Origin: Octopus bimaculoides
Lineage: Eukaryota
Length of the DNA: 41,392 bases
NCBI RefSeq assembly: GCF_001194135.2
Contig: NC_068994.1
Coordinates: forward strand, 56,741,623-56,783,014
Direction of reading: 5' to 3'
Shown: positions 12,798 through 23,329 of the stretch, in pieces
Layout: each line of letters begins with the position of its first letter
Position numbering within the stretch: position 1 is the stretch's first letter
Translations under genes and position numbers: made by a program
Notes under the pieces: generated by a model
The model's input: the letters and a program-made list of their open reading frames with translations, nothing else
Databases searched by the model: none
Told to the model about the DNA's origin: nothing

Positions 12798-13455
12798 TTA
12801 TGACGCTGATGCGGTGCTGGCTATTACTACAATTATGACGCTGATGCGGTGCTGGCTATTACTACAATTATGACGCTGATGCGGTGCTGGCTATTACTAC
12901 AATTATGACGCTGATGCGGTGCTGGCTATTACTACAATTATNNNNNNNNNNNNNNNNNNNNNNNNNNNNNNNNNNNNNNNNNNNNNNNNNNNNNNNNNNN
13001 NNNNNNNNNNNNNNNNNNNNNNNNNNNNNNNNNNNNNNNNNNNNNNNNNNNNNNNNNNNNNNNNNNNNNNNNNNNNNNNNNNNNNNNNNNNNNNNNNNNN
13101 NNNNNNNNNNNNNNNNNNNNNNNNNNNNNNNNNNNNNNNNNNNNNNNNNNNNNNNNNNNNNNNNNNNNNNNNNNNNNNNNNNNNNNNNNNNNNNNNNNNN
13201 NNNNNNNNNNNNNNNNNNNNNNNNNNNNNNNNNNNNNNNNNNNNNNNNNNNNNNNNNNNNNNNNNNNNNNNTTATGACGCTGATGCGGTGCTGGCTATTA
13301 CTACAATTATGACGCTGATGCGGTGCTGGCTATTACTACAATTATGACGCTGATGCGGTGCTGGCTATTACTACAATTATGTCGCTGATGCGGTGCTGGC
13401 TATTACTACAATTATGACGCTGATGCGGTGCTGGCTATTACTACAATTATGTCGC
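12798..13455 (+). repeat. 35-bp minisatellite (ttatgacgctgatgcggtgctggctattactacaa)n spanning N-gap 12942-13271
   Basis: Four full units left of the gap and five right of it, nearly identical (one A>T variant unit). Confidence 0.97.
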
Positions 13456-13553
13456 AAGACGGCAAGCTGGCAGAGTGGTTAGCACGCCGGACGAAATGCA
13501 TAGCGGTATTTCATCTGTCTTTATACGTTCTGAGTTCAAATTCCACCGAGGCC
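13456..13553 (+). mobile_element. SINE 5' head (Meta-like family), 3'-truncated
   Basis: ggcaagctggcagagtggttagcacgccggacgaaatgcatagcggtatttc...gttctgagttcaaattccaccgagg matches 39084-39165. Confidence 0.85.
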
Positions 13554-13690
13554 GGAATGAGAGCCCAGGTTCGAAATTTCCCCAAGACACCTGATGAAGG
13601 CTGGAGGGTATATCTGCCGAAACGTTGTGTTAACAACAAACAAGATGAGGTCAAATATCCAGCAAATGTAAATAATTTAAATAATGTAGA
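13554..13690 (+). mobile_element. Penelope-like element terminal (pLTR-type) fragment
   Basis: Contains a minimal hammerhead core with a palindromic ACGT stem III, which is typical of PLE termini, followed by an AT-rich aatgtaaataat tail; family assignment is an inference. Confidence 0.65.
13586..13631 (+). ncRNA. Minimal type I hammerhead ribozyme
   Basis: Stem I gacac(13586-90)/gtgtt(13627-31); CTGATGA 13591-97 plus an extra A; stem II ggctg/ctgcc (one mismatch) closing a 10-nt loop; GAA-A 13619-22; stem III AC/GT; GUU cleavage triplet. Confidence 0.75.
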
Positions 13691-14236
13691 GTTAAATACT
13701 TTCCTCTCTGGCCAATCATCAATTTTTTCCCATTATTACTTTAAAAGGAAGGTAAGAATAGATAGGGAAGGTTTGTCTAATGAAAAGTTTAATAAAAGGT
13801 GGGTGAATTTAGCAGAATGGTACGCATGAATGACGGAACCACTTCGAGCATTAACCTGTAAAACAAACAAAGAGAGAGAGGATACTTTATTCGCATAGAT
13901 TTTTCCTTTTGCCGAGGTTACCATGGTTATTTTTCGTAGCATAACTCTAGTCAGTGTTATATTGTTGAAAAGCGTCACCTTGTTATCTATTTGTGTACAC
14001 GCCCCACCCCACCCCCAAACGTATTTTCTTCGGTCCCTTTTGATCGATTTCGAAAAAGGAAAATTCTACATATCTGTGTTAAGCCCTGTGGCCAAATATC
14101 TATCTATCTATCTATCTGCAATCTGTCTGCAGATCTATCTGTGTCTGTCTATTTATCTCTTTATTTCTATCTCTCTATCGTTTGACTCAATTGGAGAAGT
14201 TGTGGCATAAACTGTTTTAAATGAATTATGCTCTCT

Positions 14237-14465
14237 GGTCGATCTAATCGACTCGGCCCCTCCCCAGAAATTTCGGGCCTTGTGCCTCGAGTAGAAAAGA
14301 TTATATTCCCTGTCCTCTTTCTCTCACTTCTTTTATGCACACGCTCGCACGCACACTCACCAGTGTACGCTTATTCACACACACGTTAATGTTTTACTGG
14401 TACTGAACTTTTCAACCCAGAAAGAATGAAGGGCAAAGCCGACCTCGGCTGAGTTTGAACTCACA
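14237..14465. mobile_element. Two SINE fragments (Meta-like 3' end on + at 14237-14300; central domain on - at ~14392-14465)
   Basis: ggtcgatctaatcgact..ccctccccagaaatttcgggccttgtgcc, and cccagaaagaatgaagggcaaagccgacctcggctgagtttgaactc. Confidence 0.7.
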
Positions 14466-15728
14466 ATTTTACATTAATCGGACGGGTTACTGTACGCTTT
14501 TGTAGGATGCAAGTTTATACTTAAATAAGAATGTTTTTGGTAGTGACTTCGAGGTTTCAGCTCGTGAAGCCATCGTCCGACGAAGGCTAAGCTAAACTGG
14601 CCGATACTGCGAAGTCACTGTCAAAAGCATTCTAGTTTAAGAATAAACGCGCGCGTGCACACCTATACGCACACATGTATACACACACAGTCATAAGTAC
14701 TATGTGTGTGTGTGTGTGTGTATGTATTTACACAGTTATGCATGTAGAAATGAACATGTATGTGTATGTGTGTGTGTGTGTATGTGTGTTGGGTTAGGGA
14801 GATAGGGTTAGATAAAGGAAGATAACGTGCGTAAGCAAGGGAATAGAAAGAAAAATACTAGTAATATTTCCCCAAAGGATTAATAGTTCAAGCCAACGTT
14901 TACCTAAGAGACTCGGTGTTGTTGCTAAAAACCTATTTTTAGTCCCAACACTGTTTAAATACACCATCAATTTTGTCAAGGTTTGCATAGACTATCACTA
15001 AATGTAAACATTCACTTTGAAGCACGCAAACAACGGCGCCAGAGCTTGTTAGCATGTCGAGACAATAAGCGGAAGTATACTTTAAGAGGATTACATTCAC
15101 ACAAGTGAATCTGTCTCTATGTACAACTATAAAACGTTTCTGTGATTGCATTAAGAGCTTTCTCTAAAAGATACCAAGATATCTGTTGGTAGGAGCTACC
15201 AGCTTATGGTGGGAAGTGTTTAAATCTACAACAAGTTCATCCTGTGAAATATGATACCTGGATTCCTTAAAGGGTTTCTAGAGAGTGATAAGTGATACTA
15301 AAATTAATGAGGGTGTTCGGTTCTTTTCTCTTCTCAGATCATCTTTAGATTTCGTTTATTTTATAGCAAGAATTTTGTGAACAATAGCGTCGGCAATTAA
15401 AGTATACCAATAGCACAATGGACGGTTTCCGGCAGTTCTGTGCAATTTGAGTATCATAAATACTGCAAAATATTTATATTCGAACGCATTCGTTTAGCGT
15501 TTTACTTTCTCTGATGTGTACAGCATAATCTCTGTCTGTCTCTCCCACTTTGTCTCTCTCCGTCTATGCTTTCTGTTTGTGTGTATATAATATATATAAG
15601 ACATTCAATACTTCCTTTCCTTTTACTATATATACTATATATTCCATATTCTATATCCTACATTAATTTTATAAGACAAAGTTGGAATTCTTTTGAATAT
15701 ATTCCTCTATACACTATCATACAAACCC

Positions 15729-15731
<3 letters not shown>

Positions 15732-15802
<71 letters not shown>
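15732..15802. repeat. (TA)n microsatellite
   Basis: Direct tandem TA. Confidence 0.97.
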
Positions 15803-15805
<3 letters not shown>

Positions 15806-17339
15806 CGCAGTTTCGATCATCATCACCTTTCCATTTCAGTCGTTTTTCTGTCAGATATTTTAGTTTGTCATGGACGATGACATAAAATTAGAACGATGAT
15901 TTCACTGTCTCCACCCCAGTGTATTCGCCTTAAACGGATTTTCCGATTATTAGTGGTCATACCTTTGGAGATAAAGGACAGCAGTGTTCATGTGAGGCTG
16001 GCGGGACGGTCTGTTTATAAACACCTCACTTTTGTCACCTGATACGTGATGGTTCGTGGACGACACCTGACGCTTTTCTGGTGGAACAATAAATGCTGTT
16101 GAAAATGTCATCCGATCAAAGGCAGTCCGGAACCAGTCAGGTCAAGACAAGCTCTCACTGCATAATCGATAGAAATCAATAAAATAAGCGCCACACCACT
16201 GAAATAATTATTGGTTTCGATATGGCTGAAGAATTTGTTAAAGGACATGACCCACTTTGTTCATAGGAATAACAGAAGAGTGACAAACGAATAACAGAAT
16301 AAAAGAATACAGTGCGTTCTAAAACTAATACCGATAACAACATGGCGGATGACATTTCGAATTGATATCTGAAGAAGATATATCGGCGAATCTGTCCTGT
16401 TAGTGGACCTCTGTATTTTAAAAATAATGTTTTAATATTATGTAATTACATTAATTATATTTAATGTTTAAATAAGTTATTTAAAGCTGTTTTTTGCTAG
16501 TTTCCATTAGAAATATTACTACAGAAATTTAAGTAGAGTTTTTAATTTTTTGTTGGGTCTTTTTTCCGAGTTTAGAAAAGCAAAATGCATTATTTTTTGA
16601 AGCGAATATTAAATCACTACATAGAATTAAAGTGTTAACATTTGTTTAATAGAAACTTAATAGAAATTGCAAGAAAACGTTGACATTTATTTTAAAAATG
16701 ACATTCAATAGCATTTACAAATTTCTCTTCTATCACATGGTTTAAAATTCAAGGCTATATGATATGAAATACAATGTAAACAATCGCTTCGTTGTTTTCC
16801 TTTCACGAAAATAAATTTACAGTCAATAATAGAACGAAAATAAAATATTCTCTTTCTCATATATCCCTTGAAAAAGTTGGATTCAATTTTACCGTAAACA
16901 TTGCTTCAATTTAATTTTAAAACTTTAACAAAAAAGATATAATATTTAGGAAACAATATGTGTGCTTCAAATTCAATGCGAATCTTTAAAAGGGAATTTT
17001 TATTCGATCTGAACAGCAATAGCGTTAAAAAAAATATCTTCCTCGTAAAAAATATCATAAAATTTATTTTCCTATAAATATTTTGCAATTTACCTTTAGC
17101 TTTAATTTAATTGTAAAATTTAATAACTTTTACTTAGAAAATATCTAGCTATATCGTATTTAGGAAATAATAATAGCAGCTTCCATTTCATTGTAAATAA
17201 GTAAAGCGAGTTAATTGTTGTACCCTGGTAAAACCGGCGGTGAAAGAGGGGCGTATTGGCAAATTTCCTGCGAGGCGGTAAGTTTCAGTTTCAGCTACCA
17301 AAATTCTGAAATAGAAGCATTTAACTATCTATTTATGTG

Positions 17340-17343
17340 TCTG

Positions 17344-17410
<67 letters not shown>

Positions 17411-17520
17411 GTCTGTCTGTCTATCCATCTATATCTGTCTGTTTGTCCCTCTATCTATCCATCTATATCTATTTGTTTGTCCATCTGTCTGTCCATTTAT
17501 CTATCTATCTGTCCATCTAT
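17340..17520. repeat. (CTAT)n/(CTGT)n compound microsatellite
   Basis: Direct tandem units decaying toward the 3' side. Confidence 0.95.
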
Positions 17521-17523
17521 GTA

Positions 17524-18270
17524 TATGACTGTGTCCTGAAGCAGCTACTTGACCATTCAAATGTTGATGTGATATATCTCGACTTTGCAAAAGCCTTTGA
17601 CAAAGTTGATCATGGCATGATATGTCACAAGCTACGAAACCTTGGCATAGCTGGTAAATAAGGAGAGTGGCTGCATGACTTCCTGAATGGTAGAAGTTAT
17701 ACAGTTGCAGCCAATGGAGAACTATCTAGGGAAACGCAAATATTGAGCGGTGTTCCCCAAGGAACTGTCCTGGGCCACTACTGTTCATAGCAGCCATTCT
17801 GGACATGCCCATGGTCATTCGGACAGCTATTGTCACTAGCTACGCTGATGACACAAAACTATCTCAGGCAATAAAGAATCCTGATGATATCATAAGCCTG
17901 CAGAATGAACTAAATGCAATATACAAGTGGGCAGAGCAAAATAATATGCGGTTCAATGCTAAAAATTTCAAGTACTGCGCTACAAGGCCACAAGTGTCCC
18001 CCAATTGGCATACACAGGACCTGGAGGTACTGCAATCCCAGAACCACAAACAGTGAGAGATCTGGGCATCAGCATGTGTAGTGATGCATCATTTCACATG
18101 CACATTGTCAAGTTGACAGCAAAGTGCAGACAACTCGCAAGGGATCAAAAAGTCATGTTGATTCTATGGAAGACATTTGTCTTGAGCCGCCTAGACTATT
18201 GCTCTCAGTTGTGGTCACCACACAGTGTCAAGCGGACAGCAGAACTCGATGCAATTCAGCGTGGACCGTG
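17524..18270 (+). mobile_element. Decayed CR1/L2-type LINE reverse transcriptase fragment
   Basis: [17 protein letters not shown]; in-frame stop at 17659-61; SGVPQGTVLG, frameshift, PLLF; YADD at 17841-17852; MRFNAK; RDLGI; LSRLDYCSQLWSP. Several stops and frameshifts; truncated at both ends. Confidence 0.93.
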
Positions 18271-18659
18271 GTCATACTGGAGTGATTATCACATACCGGA
18301 AATGGAATAAAATTGAGTGAAAATATTAGCGTGACAAAATCAGCCTCTTCATCGAAGCTCTTCCAGTTTATCATTTCAGCCGATATTGGCATCGAACCTC
18401 ACAGCATCACATGCTTCTATCACCGGTCCTCAGGCTTTGGCTGCATGTTCCTGTCTCACACCCACAGAACGTTGTTATGATCTGCTCCAGCAGAAATTCT
18501 ACTGGACTCCTTGTCTTTCCATTAGGGTTTTCAACGGACATTTTGTTATTTATAGTAATTAGCAATCTATGGCTTGATTAATTCACACACAGAAATTAAT
18601 GTTGACAAGAAAAAATTGTTAAATAAATTGAACGAAAAAATATGAAGAAAAAAGTTTTT

Positions 18660-18838
18660 TTCTTCTTCTTCTTATTATTATTATGTTCATCATTATCATC
18701 ATCATCATCATCCTCATCACCGCTGATGCCGTCATCTATGTCACTATCATTTTCGTCGATTCATTATTGTAACTGGTGTGAATAATAATAACAACAACAA
18801 CAGCAGCATCAATAACAACAGCAACAACAACAACAACA
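18660..18838. repeat. Mixed trinucleotide tracts (TTC/TTA/CAT, then AAT/AAC/CAG)
   Basis: Direct low-complexity triplets. Confidence 0.85.
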
Positions 18839-19944
18839 TGGAGCGATATGTGAAAGCCTTCGATTTAGTTCTGTTCATATTTAGAAGGCATCAATTTAGA
18901 CGAAGCTGAGTGGTTCCTTTGGAAGGTTGTTTTCTTTCTTTTTCTTCTTTTCATGTTGTTTATTGTTTAAATCCAGTTATCGGGTGTGTTGCACGACCGT
19001 TTTAAATTGATCTCAATTTAGTTGATGTTCTTTGTGCCAGAGCCAACAGAAAAGAACTAGACCACCACTTCATCATATTTTATCTTAATAAAAAAGCAAA
19101 AAGGCTTTTAAACAAATCTAATTTAAATGAAATATTGAAATGGATCCAAAAGGAAAAATTCAATTTCGGCAAAGAATTACGATTAAAGGACTTGTCTCAT
19201 TTTGTTTCTTTAAAGTTGGTCCTTCCGTCAAATTTCGTCTTTATCGACAAATTGTGGTTAGAAACATTTCAAATATTATGATATGTTATGTTGCACGAGG
19301 CAGAAGTTACTAATGGAACACTTCGCTACCTGAAAAATGCCGCATTTAGCTTGTTAATTCTTTCTTATAAATATAGAAAGTCTCTCCTCAACTTTTCTGT
19401 CCGGGCTGTCAAAAGTGATGAATATTTTGCAATTTTTGTTTCAAGACGGATTCTCAGTTCAGTAATAAATGTTATATTTTAACCTGCTTTCCCCCTGGGT
19501 TGACTATGTTTACTCTCCTTGTCTCGCCTTCACTTTGAGTTTTCATGTTTATTATTTTTTTTTAGTTAAATAATGGACAGAATTTTAAATTTGTTATTTC
19601 TCATTATACAACAAAAGTTATTTTTAGTATTCCATTCTTTAGGTTAGTAGACTGGTATATTTTGTATTTGCTTAACGTATTTTATTTACGGCTTGTGGTA
19701 AAATTCCACTGGAGAATTCACCGTAAGACACTAACTTTAAATAGACGTAGAAAATATATGATTAACAGTCAAAAACTCCAACCGAATCTATTCTCTGAAC
19801 ATCATGCATGAAAAAATACAGAACGCCAAAAAAATATGTTATAGTTGGTATAGCCAAACTTAAAAAAATTTTTTAGGAAATATTGTGTCAGAATAATCAC
19901 ATGTGTATTTCATAAGGTGTTGTTATTCTAAAATGATTCACCTC

Positions 19945-20340
19945 CTTTTGTGATCTGAGTTCAAATCTCACAGAGGTCGATTTTTCTTTTTTGTTTCAGG
20001 GATCGATAAATACTTGTTAGATACTGAAACCAATTGTTCTCGAATTTATTTTGCGTCATTTCGCCCCTCTTCACGTTTTCCACTTCCGCCGTGGTCCACT
20101 TTACCTTTTATCCTTCCGGGGTCGATAAATTAAGTGTCAGTTGAGCACTAGGGTTGATGCAACCGACTATCCCACCTCTCGCCAAATTGTGCTAAAATTT
20201 GACCGGCAGAATCGTTAGCGCGCTGGACAAAATGCTTAACGATACTTCATCCTTTCGGGGTCAATAAAATAAGGACCAGTTGACCAGTAAGGGGTCGATA
20301 TAATCGACTCATCCTCTCCCCCCAAATTGCTGCCTTTTGG
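19945..20340 (+). mobile_element. Cluster of three nested or truncated Meta-like SINE fragments
   Basis: 'ctgagttcaaat...gaggtcga', 'tttaccttttatccttccggggtcgataaattaagt' and 'catcctttcggggtcaataaaataag...ggggtcgatataatcgact' recur three times. Confidence 0.75.
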
Positions 20341-20343
20341 AAA

Positions 20344-20677
20344 CCATCATCATCATTATTATTATTACTGCTTCATGAAAACTCTCAGCTTATTTTGCTG
20401 CGTATGACCGAAAGTGTTAGTTGTCCACAGCCAGCAGACTAAAGTGTTACTTGTTTACTGGTCATGCTTCATGCACCCTGCAAAGAATTCTTGCAGTTCC
20501 AAGCAATGCTGATTTTTGTAGGTGTTCTACCTTCACTTGTACCGATCTTTTTCAGCCACGTTGGTAGTTGAGTGCTGATACTTCCAAGCGCGTGAATTAC
20601 TATTGGTATCACGTCCATTCTCTTCATTTCTCACATCCTCCGTGTTTCCCACTTCAGCTCAGCATAGTTGTTCAGTT
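20344..20677 (-). mobile_element. R4/Dong-type (RLE) non-LTR retrotransposon 3' end with (TAA/TGA)n tail
   Basis: Minus strand translates as KLNNYAELKWETRRM*EMKRMDVIPIVIHALGSISTQLPTWLKKIGTS, frameshift, KVEHLQKSALLGTARILCRVHEA*, matching the R4-clade C-terminus (PIVIGALG...LQK.ALLGTARILR.VL). Confidence 0.85.
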
Positions 20678-21064
20678 ATCATCATCATCATCGTCGTCGT
20701 CGTCGCCGCCGCGGCCATCATCGGTGTGGAAAGAATTCCGAGATTTGATTAGTATACTAATTGATGATAGCTTTCCTCAATATCAGAGGGGTGGGTTTCT
20801 CTCTTAAGGAAATTCAGAGACGTATCTGTTAGGTTTAGCAAAACGTTGTTTTGCAAAACAATAGATTAGAAAATAAAATAGTTAGCAGCTTCAACTGGGG
20901 TTGATGTAATCGACCGACCCTCTCCCGAAGCCTAGCACCTGTAGTATATGAATATATGTATGAGTATATGTGCGTGGGTGCACGAATGTGTATGTGTATA
21001 TGTATACGCATGTGCGTGGGTACTCCTGTGCTTCTGTTTACATCGGTCAAAACACCAATGTTGT

Positions 21065-21225
21065 TTGTTGTTTGTTGCCTCGTAACTTAGCGGAAGGATA
21101 ATTAGAAGAAAATAAATGCGAAGCAAAAAACAAAGTGGAAATATGACCAACATAGGTGATACAAAATCCCTTTGAAAAGGTGCCCCAGCATGGCCACTGA
21201 CCAATGTTTGTAAGCAAACGAAAAA
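21065..21225 (+). mobile_element. SINE 3' fragment (CORE-like family)
   Basis: cctcgtaacttagcgg...aaggtgccccagcatggccactgaccaatg resembles 35880-36005. Confidence 0.55.
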
Positions 21226-21817
21226 CTAAAGGAATCACAGTGGATCGCTCTGTCATTAATTCTTCTAATGTTAAAGACTATTTTTGCAAGACAAGATTAA
21301 CGGAAACACTAATTCTCATCCGGTAATGATCTAACCAACGCTTTATTTTCAATCGTTCAGTGACTGAGGAAGTGAGGGACGAATATTGGTGTAGTAACGT
21401 TGGACAAAGACCAATAAGAAGACAAAAATAAATGATAAATAAAAAAGAAAAATTAAAAATCGAAAAATATACAAATAAATAAAAAGAAAATGGAGAGGAA
21501 GAGACAAACTAATATATATATTTTTTTTTTTCCTTTTTAGTTTCTTAACAAGTTGACATAGAGTGACAGAAATATCATTTCTAGTTGATGGGGAGGAAAA
21601 AGAAATATATAGTTGTCTTTCTTTACGTGACTGTGGATAATTTTATCACGTCAGAGAGGAATATAAAAGGTTATTAGTTTTATGTCAATTCGAATAGAAA
21701 TAAAATAAAAAGAAATCAAGTAAAAAATATATAAATGAAAGAACTAAGAGAAAATGGAAAGACTGTTAAACCTTCTATTGTTTTGCTGAAATGCTTCTTT
21801 ATTGTTCACTTGAACTC

Positions 21818-21818
<1 letters not shown>

Positions 21819-21860
<42 letters not shown>
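21819..21860. repeat. (AAT)n microsatellite, probable tail of the adjacent minus-strand SINE
   Basis: Direct tandem AAT. Confidence 0.95.
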
Positions 21861-22030
21861 GTGGCTTCTGATTTAAGTACAAGGCCAGCAATTTTGCGAG
21901 GAGGTGAAGTTGTCTATTCCATTGACTTTATGCGAGTCTGGTATGTTCCTTTTGTAGATCCCAGAGGGATAAATGCCAGAGTCACCCTCGGTGGAATCTG
22001 AACTCAGTACGTAATGGGCAGAAGAGTGAA
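21861..22030 (-). mobile_element. Diverged Meta-like SINE
   Basis: acaaggccagcaatttt...gatcccagagggataaatgccagagtcaccctcggtggaatctgaactcag is the reverse complement of the family consensus seen elsewhere in the window. Confidence 0.7.
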
Positions 22031-22409
22031 CTGAATTATCTTTTCCTTTCTCTGTTCAAGTTCGTAGGGTGGATTTTTCTTCATATGTACTAATTTATCG
22101 GTGAAACATAGACGTTTCAACTAACATAGTTAAGACCTGACATTCAGCAAAAAGTAAAACGTTTCCCGAGGACCTATAATATTTACAAACTATTCAATCC
22201 CCACAATGTTATGGTTAGTTAGTTACTCCTGCTTTGATGATATGACCTCAAGCATCGCACGCTACAAGAGAAGCAAACACGTGACTACACAACCTCCTAT
22301 CCACTGCCTCCTGTCCAAGACTTCCTGTCCACCACCTCCTGTCCACTGCCTCCTGTCCAAGGCCAAGGCCTCCTGTCCACAACTCAGCTTGCAATTGCTG
22401 AAATCCTAC

Positions 22410-22630
22410 CAGCTTCCTCTTGAGAGGATCCTGTCTCTCAAAGGCAGTAGTCTATAGAGTCACCCTTACACCAACCGATGGCATTACAATGCACTACATA
22501 AGCATGACAGCTAATGATTTTTAAGGAGAGGTATACACAACACATGAACTCTCGAAAGTCAAATGGATTATCGTTGATTGGACCCCCTCCTTACTCATGC
22601 AATTGCACATACGACACCAACGTGCAGAAT
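22410..22630 (+). mobile_element. Penelope-like GIY-YIG endonuclease relic
   Basis: 22432 onward translates as CLSKAVVYRVTLTPTDGITMHYISMTANDF, +1 frameshift, KERYTQHMNS, matching the PLE pattern CL.K.IVY...YIGMT...FK.RY..H. Confidence 0.75.
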
Positions 22631-23291
22631 TAATCAACAGGAACAATGAACTAACTTATTCTACCACCAAAGGTACACTCTGTTAATGAAATTCAAGCCA
22701 CTTACAGCTGATAATCCAGACATACTACCCTAAACCTGGTTGCTCCACACACAAGAGCAGGGTATTTAATCCTACCGCCCGTATAGACTACAACACCAAC
22801 TATGTCGATCATACAGCCTCAGTTCTCACCTAACATCAACTTTGGTTACTCCCAAGTAAAGACTGCTATCGCAAATATGTTAGCATTCCGCTGAAAGACG
22901 ACTGAACTACAGACTCTTACCAGCGTCCCACACAACCATGCGTGCTACCCAATGAACTGATGTCGGTGAATACTCTATACTGCAATCTGCTGCACAAATA
23001 GCGACAATATCCTGCCTGCATCTTGTCCGAGTACGTGGGACTAAGAACTAATGAATAGCTAGTATAGCTTTCACGTTATTAACACCAAGTGATCTGAGTT
23101 GATCAGTAAAGGCCTAATTACCAGAGGCCAACTTGGCTCCTGGTATNNNNNNNNNNNNNNNNNNNNNNNNNNNNNNNNNNNNNNNNNNNNNNNNNNNNNN
23201 NNNNNNNNNNNNNNNNNNNNNNNNNNNNNNNNNNNNNNNNNNNNNNNNNNNNNNNNNNNNNNNNNNNNNNNNNNNNNNNNNNNNNNNNNNN

Positions 23292-23329
<38 letters not shown>

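Noticed and set aside
12798-13455. CRISPR-like appearance of the 35-bp repeat
   Set aside because: Units are contiguous with no unique spacers, there are no cas genes, and the context is eukaryotic
14939-15151. ORF with 'LHLVIVYA', weakly like an APE endonuclease strand
   Set aside because: None of the diagnostic APE motifs (QET, GDFN, SDH) is visible nearby
16420-17210. Very AT-rich tract (possible matrix attachment region or transposon relic)
   Set aside because: No periodicity, termini or motif that would support a specific call
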